From Octopus sinensis (Eukaryota), in contig NC_042999.1 in the NCBI RefSeq assembly GCF_006345805.1, forward strand, positions 79,422,001 through 79,486,000: a DNA stretch of 64,000 nt, given 5' to 3'. Position numbers and translations under genes: made by a program. The notes beneath the pieces are model-generated. The model was not told the DNA's origin and did no database searches. It saw only the letters and a program-made list of their open reading frames with translations. This document shows, piece after piece, positions 26,948-41,784 of the stretch. Numbering within the stretch: the stretch's first letter is position 1; every line of letters begins with the position of its first letter.

Positions 26948-27761
26948 GTGATCGCATACGAAAAGCGACTTTGTCCTTTTACTGCCTTGTAACTTTTGTC
27001 GAAACTTCTGCTGAACAATGATTTGTAAAATATGCATTCTTTATGAGAATCTACGGTTTTTATTTTTAACTGTACATTTCAGAAAGAATGGAAGTATACA
27101 TTTTCTATGAGGCAAATTCCCAAATTTGAAGTCATTTTGGTAAGAGCCGTCACGAAACTATGTGCTCTTCAGTAAATTTTGTAAGATTTCGTAGAGTAGA
27201 AATAATAAAAAGTACACAAACACACACACACACACTCTTACATATGCATATGACATATATCTCTTTATATACACATACATAGACATATACATAGATATAT
27301 GCTTATATGTATGCTCACACACATATACACACATGCACAAAAACATATATACATACAGATATGTATAAACAAATATAGATACATACATTCTATATATGTA
27401 TATAAACACGCACAACTACATATATATATATACACCACATATATACATACACATATACATGCATATATACATACATATATATACATACCTACCGACGTAT
27501 TTATATGTAAATATATCATGGTAATTGTCATAAGACATTTAAAACTGATACAGCACAAGTCTCACGAATACGTACACACGCACAGACACACAAGCATACA
27601 CACATACAACACACATATACATATACATACATACATACATGCATACCTACATATATACATATATGTATATAATCTTATTTTTATACCAGATGTGTCTGTT
27701 ATATGCTGTTTTCTATATGAAATATATGCATATATGTGTGTATGTATATAACTTGTGGTGG

Positions 27762-27818
<57 letters not shown>

Positions 27819-28422
27819 TATACGCACAATTATATACATACACACATATACATATATATACATAATATATCTATATACACATACACACACACATATATAT
27901 ATATGGACGTTTTACTGTGTCTGTGTATATATATTAGTGTGTATCTTTCATCTGTGTGTGTATTTATTTGCATGTATTTATGGCAGCAAATTTTTTTAAA
28001 GGAATTTTTGTATTTTTCTATTAAGTTTGTTTTTTCTTATTATCGTTCTATTTTTCTCTGCTTTGTGTCAGCCTGCTTGAATCAGATGTTTTGTATATAA
28101 GTGATAGCACATATATGTGTTGTGTGTGTGTGTGTAACTGTGGTGAGGATGCTGGAGTTGATGATGGTGGTAGTGGTGGTGGGAGAGGGGCTTGGTGGGG
28201 GTAATGTGTAATTTTGTTGACTATAGTCGTTTAAAAAGGCATAAATATTTGTGTCTTAATATGAGAATCATAAAGTCCAACGTGGGAAATTCATTGCCTG
28301 CGTTAAAATAAAATGTTATACACACAACTATACACTGACGTATATATGCAATACACACATATACATACTTATATTCATACATTAATAGACACATGTAGAT
28401 GCTTACACATATACATACACAC

Positions 28423-28471
<49 letters not shown>

Positions 28472-29981
28472 GGTATGCACATGCACATAGATAAATGCAT
28501 ATGAACATACGAGTATTTATATACATGTATATATATATATATATATAAACATGCATACACAGATATAGACATGTATACATATACTCATGCATATACACAT
28601 ACATAGACTCACGTGCACACACACACACACATACATACACACATATATATTCATATATACATATATTTATAAACATACACAAATATCCACTTACATGTAA
28701 ATATACAAACATATACACCCATATACACATAAATACATATGTACACACGCACAAACACATATATAGATTCTTACACATATGTATTTATTAATGTTTGTAT
28801 CTCTGGTATACGTGTGTATACAAACATATTGAGAAACAGACTCACTCAAGTGTTTATAGTGCAATAAGAACCCGGGAATGTATTATTCACAGTCGTGTTT
28901 AGAAGAATAAGTCTTTAGAACATAAGATACGGTTTAAGTTCGGAGGTTCAGTGACTAAGAAAATGATAGGAGAATCGGCACAAGAATAATATTACAGAAT
29001 GTGATATCGTTACAGTAATTATATACAATAGTAATCTGCTGATTAATAGAAAAGTCTCGTCGTGAATACAATAATTAATTGCAAGTATGTACCATTCAAA
29101 GAAAATAATATCCCGCAGTAAATTTTACCATGGATGGAGGAATTTCTCTCTCTCTCTCTCCTTTTTTTTTTTTTTTGTATTCTTAAGATCTAGATTGATC
29201 TTGAAATATTAGCGTTAAATGCAGTAATTCTTGTTATATTTCTCTGTACTGGGAAGAACATATCTCGCAGAATTATTCTCAATAGGCTCATTCAGGTCTT
29301 TGAGATATATCCTTTCTTTCTGAGTCTCAGTCAGGTTTTTGTACTAAACGTGGAACTGTTACAAGAATAATGCATTTAATCAGAGACTAGACCTTAGTTA
29401 ATTAATCGTGATGCTTACACAGCATTTTTAAAGAAAGCTTATATACATTTGATATATTGAAATTTAAATATGTATTTTATGTTTTCATTGTTCCGCTTAC
29501 AAGCTGAATACGTGCTAGATTTTTTAAATCTAAATATTACATTATATAGTAGCATGCCAATCATAATGGATACATATAGATATCTATAATGCAACCAGAT
29601 AAGTCTGACGTTTCGAAGCAGTTGTCCCTAAACGTTATGTGCCTAAATTTTGTCATTTTGAATGAAATGTTGTCAGCCACCGAACAGTTGATCTTCACCA
29701 CAAGACTCTCTCTCTCCCTCTCCCCCCTCTCTCCAGTGATGAAGCGTGGCTTATTGGTTAGACTTTCAGCTAAGGTTGTGAGCTCAATTTCTGAAATGAC
29801 AGTGTATTGTATCCTTAAGTAAGGCACCCCATTTCCTGTTACTCTTATCTAGTCAGTTATAATGTGTACAGACCAAGTGATGATGCAACCCACTTCTCTC
29901 TTCTCAAATGCAATATTCTGGATATCTGCCGAGAGAGCCGAAAGGGTATCGCTCTCTCTCCCTGTCGTTCTTCGGGACTGC

Positions 29982-30060
29982 ATACTTACCTGAAGCAATA
30001 AGCGAAAGCATGGTTCGTTACTAAATTAAATTTACCTGAGTTATAAAACAAATCTTTTTT
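29982..30060 (-). other. Candidate recursive splice site with 46-nt RS/poison exon (29990-30035)
   Basis: Minus strand: TTTGTTTTATAACTCAG|GTAAAT ... GCTTTCGCTTATTGCTTCAG|GTAAGTAT. Confidence 0.35.
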
Positions 30061-30079
30061 GTCACTTTTTATTCATCCA

Positions 30080-30250
30080 TGTACCTCGTAAGATTCAAGA
30101 GAGCCTTGAAGATTTTTATTAACCCCGCTACAAGAATCTTAGTTCCCAATGCTCCAATAAAAATGGGTATAAAGCTGGAAGTGCATTCGTCTTTCTGGAT
30201 GTGCAGATTCTTCCTCAATGTCCCCATACTTATTTTCTTTCTCGTGTATG
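30080..30250 (-). mobile_element. 3' fragment of an RLE-type (R4-like) LINE
   Basis: Reverse translation gives FIPIFIGALG, matching the IPVAVGAL/VPII motifs of the 49-56 kb elements. Confidence 0.45.
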
Positions 30251-30571
30251 TTTCTCATCATACTGATGCAGCGAAGATAACTGACTTTCACAACGGTGTT
30301 TGCTTATTTTGCAGTTCAAAAACAGCAATATTAGATCGATAATAAGTTAATTGGTTATTATATTAAATATTAAGGCCATCAAATTCTTTTGATCAATCAG
30401 TGTTAATACGTTCATTTTTATTGGACTTTTTCTACGCTCTTCTAGATTATTCTGCATGTATGTACTTGTATATTTATGTGTGCATTATGCAAGCATGTTT
30501 ACATATTGTATGATTCTATACATATATATATATATATAACATATACATATATGTATTATATATATATATAT

Positions 30572-30623
<52 letters not shown>

Positions 30624-30691
30624 CAATATATAATATAATATATATATATATATACATATTATATATATATAGATATATATAATATATATAT

Positions 30692-30746
<55 letters not shown>

Positions 30747-31091
30747 CACACAAGCGCGCACACACATGTATATAAGTATGCATTTATATATAATGTATGT
30801 ATGTAGGTACGTATTGAATTATGGGTGTTGTATCATATTATATGTCTGCAAATATGTAATTATGTGTATGATATTTTCTTATAGCGGGTGGCTGTGTCTA
30901 TTAATAGCTACAAAAGGCAATAGGATCATACAGAAAGTGGGAAGAATAGAAAGAGAGGAAGAAATAATGGGAAAGGTAAAAGAGAAGAAAACATAAGGAA
31001 GGGAAAAATAAGTACCTCAATGGGTGATAAAGATTGAAAGACACAGTGATACAAACAGTGAGGGTGAGAAAGGGAGCGAGTGAGCGAGAGA

Positions 31092-31132
<41 letters not shown>

Positions 31133-31814
31133 GTGATAACACTTGAACTGAAAAAATTATCTAAATATTATATTATTTATCGTCCCAATTACCAATTCTC
31201 CGACAATTGTGCCATATCTTTGTTCTATTTAGAATTCTTCCAACAATCTAATTTACTCAGAAAGGATCGTTCTGTCTGATATTTCCAATTTCTATTAATT
31301 TTCAGTGCTATTGTTCCTGAATAAAAACGAAACCGTTCTGGATTTATTTTGTCAGCGTGTGATCCTTACTAACTTGTGAAATTTTGTCGAAGAGCGGTTT
31401 TCGTAAATACTACAATTCCACTTTGCCACGTTCATCACCCGGGAAGTGCAATCAACTTTCCTCCGTCTAATTCTGAAAGGGGAATAATTGTACTTCTCGA
31501 TTATGGCTGAGCTAAAGATGTACAGCAACAATAACAACAACTTGAAATAAATTATGAATAAAAGACTTTAAGAAAATCCTAAATATGTGCCCAAACTTCG
31601 GAGGAATCTGAGTACATAAAAAATAGAGTAAATCGTAGAAACAGTAGTTGAAACTGAAGTTGAAGACAGATGGCAGTGACATATGCCAAATACTGTGTCG
31701 ATAAATGATAATGTGACAAATCTGTTTGACATTCTCGTGCAGGTTGACAGAGAAGTAAAGAATGATAACTCTTCAAATTGTTATCATTAAGAACAAATAT
31801 CGCGTATAAAAAAA

Positions 31815-32336
31815 ATGTATGATGATAGACATTTTTCTGTTCCTGGAGATGACAACTTTTCTGAGAAGAAAGAGAAAAACTGTTTGCGTATAATATAGCA
31901 TAGTAGATGTTTAGAATTTGTGGACTGAAAATCCACACAATTCCATTAGTATTAGCTAACATGCTTATTAAAAATTAATTATTAGCGACGGAAACAGTAC
32001 TAATACCAAAAAGGAATCTTTATATTCAACTTAACTTGGATGCCTTATAACGAAGTTAATATGGATCTGTTGAGTAGACTCCTCATCGCCTCTATTTTAT
32101 GGCCTATCTCTGAATATATCAAATCTGTTGACAAAAACCATCAATACTTATAGATGTTATGAACTTTATGCAACACCTAAGGATATTTATAAGTTGCAAA
32201 TTATAAAGGTAGCAATACCCAGGTGAAAACCCTATTTAAATTTTTAATTAAAAATAGATAAATGAGTGTAGTTTTTCTCTTTCTTCTCAGAAAAGTTGTT
32301 ATCTCCAGGAACAGAAAAATGTCTATCATCATACAT
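31815..32336. repeat. 67-bp inverted repeat (31815-31881 / 32270-32336), one mismatch
   Basis: Arms compared base by base. Confidence 0.92.
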
Positions 32337-34762
32337 ACTCATCAATATCCCAAAACTACTATAAGAGGAAGCAGTTTTTAACTAAATTGGAGTATATTTA
32401 ACTAAAATGGAGTATAATTTTCTCCCAAGCAATCGATAAATAAAGTATGAATTACGAACAAAATCTATTTAATTAATTTTAGATTTTCTGAGAAAAATCA
32501 GATTTATATGCCAATACGTTGCGAGGCCGAGATAAAATAAAGGCATCCTACTGCTATTTAAGCTACTTTCTCCTACATCAATATCACCATCATTATCATT
32601 ATTATGATTATTGTTGCTCCTTTCAATGAGTCGTGTAATAATTAATTTATTGCTTCCTTTATATTCATGTTGATTTATAATGTTGTTATGTATCTGTCCG
32701 ATCTGATATTTAGCGTGACAAATTTGACCATCAAAACACTATTTAATCCGACAGATTTTTGTCACTAACATAGTTAAAGGTACAAATCTTGATTTCCCTC
32801 CAATATAGCGCCTTGATAGATCAAGAGGAAATTCAAAGAAATAAAAGGGTTAGATAGTGTAATTGATAAAAGGTAAATATTATTAGATGATAAAAACAAA
32901 ATACGCGGATTAAACACATCAATGAAACCAAAGGCTGTAAGTGCTCGAAGTGCCAAGTTATAGTATAAAGCGTGTTTCTTATCATTGGCAATGCATCTAA
33001 CATTAATACTTATGAGGGAACAATACCACATTATGAATTTCAGTTAACAATTCCTATATAACAAAATCTAGTAAATAAATGGATATTGATACTACACTTG
33101 AACCAACCATCTTAATCACATGCTGATTGTTATATCAACTAATTTCACTGCTGTAGGTCGACGGGTACAGAAGTCAGTAGAGGACCGACCAATGACCGAT
33201 TCTTATTCATAAATGCACGTATGCAAATATTTCAAATCGTTGCTATGACATAAAAGTTGCAGAATGGAAGTGGATGATAAAGTCACTAGCACATCATATG
33301 ATTCTCTTGCCATATTTAGTAACATATCCTTATGTTCTGAGATCAAATCATATCAGAGTCGATTTTGCCTCCCACTCTTTGTAGAGTCAATGATGAAGTA
33401 TTTAGAAATCATACAGATATTTAATCTATAGCCTTCACAGTCATGTTATTTTATCAATTTTGATATAATGTTAGTATTTCGATTATCGAAACCAGTATCT
33501 TACAGTTATTTATTTTCTTGATTGTATTACGTTGCTGTCATGCTATGTATTACAGGTATTTATACACAGTTTTCGTAGCTATTTCATCAATCAAGGCTCT
33601 AAAAGCAACTTCCTCCTTTGAATTAGTTACCCCATGCTCTGGCAGCTCTGCACATGCATGCATGCACGTACACACACACACACACACACACACACCACAC
33701 ACACACACACAGACAAACACACGAGCCAACGTTGCTCCATAAAGCCCAGTACATACACTTGCACACAAAGGGTTGCGACTAGAAAGTTCCACTCCAAAGC
33801 ACAAAGCTGGACAAGGTTGCTTATGGAAGACCAGGAGTCGCACATGCATACCATCCTCCCCTCTACACGTCAAGCTGTATCGGCGTTTGACTTTCCCTTG
33901 CACTCAAAGCCGTCGTATGAATGAAATGTCGCCAGTAACTTCAATCCAATAAGACGTCTTATCATATCAATCTGCAGCGTGAGGTGAATACTCCAAAATG
34001 CAAATTCTCTTAACATATTAAGAATTATATTATTGATCTCATTTCTAACATTTTACATGTATCTCTTCTGAGAAACTGCACGTGGAATTTCAAAAGAGGT
34101 AGTTCTGGCAAGGTCTCGTTCTAAGCCACACAATATTGTGACTCTCGATAACTTTAGAAATATGAATTATGTAGCCCTTGACATCAAAGAAATCTTCAAC
34201 TACCTCACAGAAGAGAACTTTCTATAAAAAAGGATAAAAAAACAGTCGATCGAGACTGACCAAGGGTTAAACAAGAACGACAACATCAACAACAAGGTTG
34301 CGTGCATATGGACTAGACTCATTTTTCATCTTTTAGACTGAGAATTTAATATGTATCTATAAAGTCTAATCCTACCCTCATATTCTATTAGTTCTGGAGT
34401 GCCTGAGAGAGAAATAATTTTAGATATTTTCCTGGTTTAGGTTTCTAGCATTTTCAGAAAAACCCTTGGGGCTTTAGCGGAAAATAACCCGTTATTTCTC
34501 TCTCGCACTTGTAAACTTGAAACATTTATACACATTTTAATTTCCTCACACTACAGCTAAAAACAAATTTCACTTATAGGTTTCCATAACTTGAAAGCAT
34601 AAGATCTAGGCTTTCTCTGTTTATGGATAACCGAAATACATTCTTTCAAACTTTTACATTTGTAACCTCACACTCTCTAATACTCATCCTAAGCTACTAT
34701 CAACCATTAGCATAGTCATTCCATACTGAAGGTCTCTGCACACATTTTTGGCTCAGAACCGT

Positions 34763-34914
34763 ATTCTTTTATTTGTTTCACTCATTTGACTGCAGCCATG
34801 CTGGAGCACCGCGTTTAGTCGAACAATTCAACCCCAGGACTTGCGGGAGGACAAACACAGACCACCCCCACATACATATATATATAATTATATATATACA
34901 TACATGCATACATG

Positions 34915-34948
<34 letters not shown>

Positions 34949-35006
34949 CATACATATATACATATATATATATATACATATATATATACATATATATATA
35001 CATATA

Positions 35007-35044
<38 letters not shown>

Positions 35045-35330
35045 CATACACATATATATATACATTATATATATACATACATATATATACATATATATAC
35101 ATATATACGCACATATATATACCTACATATATATACATATATATATATATATTATATATATATATATATATATATTACGACGGGCTTCTTTCAGTTTCCG
35201 TCTACTAAATCAACTCATTAAACTTTGGTCAGTCCGAGTCTATAGTAGAAGACACTCGCCCAAGGTGCCATGCAGTGGGACTGAACTCGGAACTATGTAG
35301 TTGGTATGCAAGCTACTTAACACAGCCACG
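34763..35330 (-). mobile_element. SINE family A with internal deletion and expanded microsatellite
   Basis: Reverse tail at 34763-34840; reverse head and body at 35177-35330. Confidence 0.85.
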
Positions 35331-35865
35331 AAGATTATACCTCACTAACTCTCACTTGCGCTATAATATCTTCAGACTGATTCATAAACCGTCAACTTCC
35401 ACACTGTTTCATTTTATTTACTTTAACCCGCTGAAACTCCTTTTCACACAGAACATCAACTGAGGGAGCCTTAAAATAGTCGTGGGGCACTCTTCCGTCT
35501 CCAATGAATAACATTTAAAACAATTTAAAAGAATGCATTTGAGCGGCTGATATTGAGGCTCAATGTATACGTTTATGTATTTGCGTATTTACGTGTGTGA
35601 GAGGACTCGCGTGTTTGTGTACAATTATGTATACGTATGAGTGTTGCTGCTTATTTTTCTATTTTAAGTGCATTCGTAGCACACCACGTAATCGACCCTG
35701 GTTAAAAATTGACCGTCACATGGCGCCAGACAGCGCGAGACAAACTTTAAGGTAAAGCGTCAAAAACACTGAACATGTATATAGATATACAGGCACACAC
35801 ACAAACACACACACACGCGTGTTTGTGCTTATATATATATAATATATATATATATAATATATATA

Positions 35866-35903
<38 letters not shown>

Positions 35904-35970
35904 AGATACATACACACACTCACATATATATATATACATATATATACACATATATGTATTTATATACATG

Positions 35971-36002
<32 letters not shown>

Positions 36003-36796
36003 ATATACATGTATATATATGTATGTATGTATATATATGTAAGTGTGTGTATGTATCATATATATATATATATGATACGTGAACGAGTACATAATCACAT
36101 AAACTATTTAAATATGAAATAGTAACGAAAGGCAAAATATAGACATATAGTACTTTTATCAACTGTATTGCACGGTCAGAGAAGCGAAGCAAGCCGCACT
36201 GGCTACGTACCTTTTGATAAGAATCTACACATTGTATCGTATTGATAATAATCCAAGCCTTTTTGTACTTGAGATAAATGTGAGCTCATGACTATGTGAA
36301 TAATAGAACATATAGACATATGTTGAATACAATTGCAATCATTGTGTTTCATTTAAAAAAAAATTTTGCTTGTTTGTTCTACTGTGTCCTGAAAGTATAT
36401 ATATATATTTTTTTCAGATAAAGGTAACTTAGATTACAATTCTATATAACTTAGATAACGTTTTCCATTATTCAACTAAGTTACATTTATTTTGTTGTTA
36501 TCATTATCTGATCAATAAAGGATTTGCAATATATAGGAGGGAAGATTAATGAAATTATTGTTGTTGTTCTTAATGCAGATACTTAGCTCCTGGTAAAATC
36601 TGAGCGAAGAGACTTATATTCAAATGACATCCAAGACGTTACCTGCTGATCTTTTCTGGTGTTTGGAGGACTTCCTTTGTCGAATACATCTCTTTTCATA
36701 TATCATGGCGGAAGTCTACAATTTGAAATCTGCAATTTGCTACTTCGGGTCAGTATGCAGCCCTCATTTTGTTAAATCGTAAGATATTCTCAAGGC

Positions 36797-36985
36797 AACG
36801 AGTTGGTTTGTCTGTTAGTACTTTGGATAGAATGCTTTGCAGCATCCGCTTGCGTTTTGGGTTCAAATCCCGCCAAGATCTCAGTGTCTTTCTTTCGAGC
36901 AAATAAACTAGTAGACGAGTACTGGGACGATTCGTATCCCACCCTCTCTCAGGTACTTTCTCTCTCCAACTTCTCTTTCCCAAAA
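36797..36985 (+). mobile_element. Degenerate SINE family B
   Basis: GGGTTCAAATCCCGCCAAG...TCTTTCGAG..AATAAA..AGTA...GAGTACTGGG. Confidence 0.55.
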
Positions 36986-37326
36986 ACAAGGAAAAATCGG
37001 TTGTGGTCAACCTGGAAGTGGATGAGCTCCACCTGATTTAAAACTGCTTACGGTAGTAATCCAACGACTTCAATAGATAATAGACTTAGACAAGGTAGTT
37101 ATGACTAGAAAGGTAAATTTAGGAAAGTTTCTATAGTGGGTTCTTTCCGCTGTTCTGAAGACGAATGTTCAAGAATCGTGCCACCTATTTGTACTTTTAA
37201 ATGTCTGAGACTTTCTTCAGCAGCGGGATATCTAATTATTATTTCTTTCTCATAAATGCGATGTATTTAATGAAATCTCATAAGAAGTAGGCTGCATTAT
37301 TTTCGAGTTTTCAATTAAGCTGAATA

Positions 37327-37329
<3 letters not shown>

Positions 37330-37416
<87 letters not shown>

Positions 37417-37447
37417 GGAGAGAGAGAGAGGGAGAGAGAGAGAGAGA
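37330..37447. repeat. (GA)n microsatellite
   Basis: Direct inspection. Confidence 0.95.
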
Positions 37448-37726
37448 AAATAAAAGAAAAAGAAATGGCAGAGTGGGAGAGTTAAAAAAATATTGAATTT
37501 GTAATTTTCAGTTTTTTCTAAGTCCTTTTTTTGTGTACTTTGCATTTTTGGCTTTGAGTTCATATCTTTTTGGTGATTCTGTGCCGGATATTCTAATTTA
37601 CATTGTACTCCACCCTCTCCTCCTTATACTCTCACACAATTACATACGCTCTAGTATATTATATTTACATACACACATATATTCATATATACATACACAC
37701 ATATGTATATATATATATGTGTGTGT

Positions 37727-37757
<31 letters not shown>

Positions 37758-38449
37758 GTGTGTGTGTTGTAATTAAACTTTTTATATATTTTTGGCTTAC
37801 TACAAGTATGATAGCACCCATTCTGTTATTAAAAGTACGTGTTGCAGGTGTCCGCGGTATTTTTTTCACCAATTTACACACACTCGCTGTATATATTATA
37901 TATATATACCTACACACATACATATATAAATACATACATACACACACATATACACATACACATGTAGACAAGGAGAGAGAGGGAGAAAGAGAGGGGATGG
38001 GGGGAAATATATAGAAAGTGTGACACAAAATCATGAAGCAGACCCACATACACGCACACAAACACATGCACATATCCTTTGCAGAGACAAAATCGATGAT
38101 TGGTTTGAGCCGGTTTCGAACCTTTTAGGATTCTCTTCATAAGCCCCATAACACACCAGCCACTTGAAGTTACTGACTACTAATTCGGTTACTTGATATA
38201 TAACTGTACTAGTATACTTTATACACACATGCTTTCATAGAAACCTACGTGCAAACATATAAACACATGTTTGATAAACATAAATACTAGTTTCTTTTGA
38301 AAAAAAAAGTCTAGTATTTCTGAGAAAGTTACTTGTAGCAAAGTGGCACTCACTCCAGAGAAAGCCGTGTCTCTAGTTGCCCAACGTTTTCAAAATCGCA
38401 GATATTCTCTGACCATGTGTGTCATCATAATTAACAAAAATAAACTTGT

Positions 38450-39073
38450 AACAAGCTATCCTGTGAATTTATTTCATCGACACCGAAAGAATTAATGTTA
38501 AATCCGCCCACAGCCGTATTTGAACTCAGAAGGCAAAGACGGGTGAAATGTCGCTAATTATTTTTGTGCGGTGTGGTAACGTTTCAGCCAGCTCACCGCC
38601 TTGATCACGATTAAAGATTCAACAGATACTAGGAATACTACCTACGTAGACTGCCACAAAGTGGCGAATAATAAGCGGAGTATATGTAGTATAAATAATC
38701 CTTTCTACTATAGGCACCAGGCTTAAAATTTTGGGGGCAAGGGGGTCAGTCGACCCCAGTACGCAACTGGTTCTTCATTTATCGACCCTGAAAGGATGAG
38801 AGGCGGAATTTGGACTCAAAACGTAGTGACGGGCTAAATACCTATTTCTTTAGTACGCACAAGGGGCTAAACACAGAGAGGACAAACAAGGACAGTCAAA
38901 CGGATTAAGTCGATTATATCGACCCCAATGTTTCACTGGTCCTTAATTTATCGACACCGAAAGGATGAAAGGCAAAGTTGACCTCGGTGGAATTTGAACT
39001 CAGAACGTAATGTCAGACGAAATATCATAATCCTTTCGCCCAGCGTATTAACGTTTCTGCCAGCTCGCCGCTT
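38450..39073 (-). mobile_element. Three SINE family B copies (one monomer plus a dimer)
   Basis: Family B bodies at about 38450-38603, 38700-38843 and 38843-39073. Confidence 0.82.
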
Positions 39074-41063
39074 TGAATTAGTCACTTCATATGTAAGCAG
39101 GTGAAGTATAGTGTCATTCCTGTACTGTTTTCGGAAAACCAATATAATAATAGCCTGGAATCAAAACCAGATCAAAGACCTGACTACTGAATACATAATT
39201 CTACTCTGCAATTATTGAAGAATTCTCTTTCGTCATTCTTCTGAATTACTCTGAACTTCTTTGAAATTCTTCCCGACTCAAAAGTGCTGGAAAAACGGTA
39301 TATATTTTAATGAACCTTCGTAGCTCGTGGAAAAATTTCCTTTAACACAAGTGTGGGCACACACATTTGTTAATCTATATGAATATTATTATGGTTATTT
39401 ATTTAAGCTTCTGCAAGACGGCAACCAAACCCTATCAAGGGAATCGGTTCCCATCCTCAGTAGTATAAGTCTATTGCCATCAATATTAAAGAACGATGTG
39501 TGTATTAAAAAAAAAATAGGCTGATCATTTGAAAAAGAAATACGTAATTTAAATTTTTCTGTTACAGATTAATATTGAAGAAACGCATTAAGATCTATTC
39601 CATCAATGTGTGTATGTATTTCGTAACATCGTAGTAGTGGTTGATGTTGTTACTGCTTTTGCTACTGTTTGTGATAGAAGTGGTAATGGATTAGCTCTAG
39701 GTCAGTCCTGATCAAGCAGTTTTGTAGTCACATCTATTCAATCAGTGATTTGTCGGATCTCATTGTCCTCTGAACCGGCTTTCGTTTTGAAGACATCAAA
39801 GGACTATTCATGATAGGTAAGCGGCTGGCGGGTCAAGTGAACATGAAGAGTCTGACTCCATTCGGATTGCATAATTGAATGGGTAACTTGCGAAGCTGCT
39901 AGGAACCTTGGCTGTAAATATGACATCTAGGTTTGATCCTAGAACGTAGTACCTTGGATAAGTGACTTCTGCCTTGAAACTAGGGTCTTCGCCAACTGGG
40001 TAGACGAACAACGAGTGGAAGGCTATCATATAAACTAAACCTGTAATTCAAAGTAGCAGTAGTTTGCGCTGTTGGTCGAACAGATTGGATACATTCTGCA
40101 AAACAGATAAAATATGCTTTCATGCATGTCTGCATGAATACAATATATTTGTGAAAAGATGAAGAGGTATCTCTGAAATTTTAATTCTATGTTGTCTTCA
40201 CAGATAGTGGTTATAGATCACTGCTACTAAGAGCTTAAATAAATCGGATAAACTGATCTGAAGTTAGTTTGGCCATCTGTCTTTAAGTGTAGTGTAGACT
40301 AAATCTATTGATATGCTTTGTAGCACATTCAAGCAAAGACATTTATACATGTGTATATACACACATGAAATATTTATGCATCCGTATATATAGCTGCTAC
40401 AGGCAATATATGCATGCTATATACACACACAAACACACACACACGCACTCACACACACACACACACACCACACACACACACACAACACACACACACACAC
40501 AGAGTATCGCCTTAATGGTGTATCAAAACAGTTTTGAGAAGCCAGTATGGGCGAAACATAAAATCAGACAGTTACGATCCATGATAAATCTCAATTTAGT
40601 TCTAGAATGTGTATTGAGTCCTTTATTCAGTGCATGTGTAGTCTAAAAAATACACTTGTTAACACAAAAGTCACACGTACGCACGCACGTGCGCTTACAT
40701 ACTTTCTCATAGGCAAGCAACGATGTATGTGTGTATTCGCTTTTCATTATATTCTTTAAATCTGCAATAAGGGTGGAGCAGTTTCCAAATATGATTCTCA
40801 TAACGGAATTTAGGTCACCAAAGTACAGTCTTGCTCCGGACTTTCTTTAGAAATATTACATAGTCATCCTATTACAGCTATGTGTGTGTGTGTGTGTATG
40901 TGTCTGTCTGTCTGTCTGTCTAGCTATCTATCTGTCTGTCTGAGTGTCTGTGTGTCTGTCTGTCTTCACTAAAAGCATATACTTACCTTTCACTTTATGT
41001 CTATCCAGGTTTTTATGACGGTTCCTGTCTGACTACTTTTCCCCTCAAGATATATGTACATAT

Positions 41064-41126
<63 letters not shown>

Positions 41127-41735
41127 CATACATACACACACACACACAAACATATATATATATATGTACATGCACACATATATGATATTTATGATATATA
41201 TACATATATACATACAAACATACATACTTAGGTACATACATATATACATGCATACATGCATACATACATACGTACAAACATATATACACACACAGCCTCT
41301 CATGTTGTTCAGTCTGAACTCCATTCTTACTCCTCTCCCACTTATACATACACCCTCCATCACAATATTACCGTTGATTAGACTACTATCTACCATGTTC
41401 AAAGAAATATACAGTAGCCTATATATTTCAAAATTAAACACGCTAACTATAGAGAATTATTTATACACAATTAATAACAACTAACAAACCTCACATTTCA
41501 TCACATTTACTTTCTTTTTTTTTCTGTTTCTACAAGAAAAGATTAGGCATGAAATATATACGTAAATTAAGGTTATTGTAGGTGCACGTGTCTATGTGTG
41601 TACGCGTATGTGAGTGTGTGTATGTGTGTATGTGTTAGTGTGTGTGTTCTATGTGTCTATAAATTGAAAATTTATTTAGCACGTGTTTATGTGTTGTGTA
41701 TATAAATACACATAAATATGCATGCATATATTTAA

Positions 41736-41784
<49 letters not shown>

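Noticed and set aside
29982-29992. ATACTTACCTG, identical to the U1 snRNA 5' end
   Set aside because: Downstream sequence does not continue as U1; better read as a minus-strand donor site
39808-40029. 73-aa non-repetitive ORF
   Set aside because: No recognisable motif or convincing splice signals; probably a decayed retroelement
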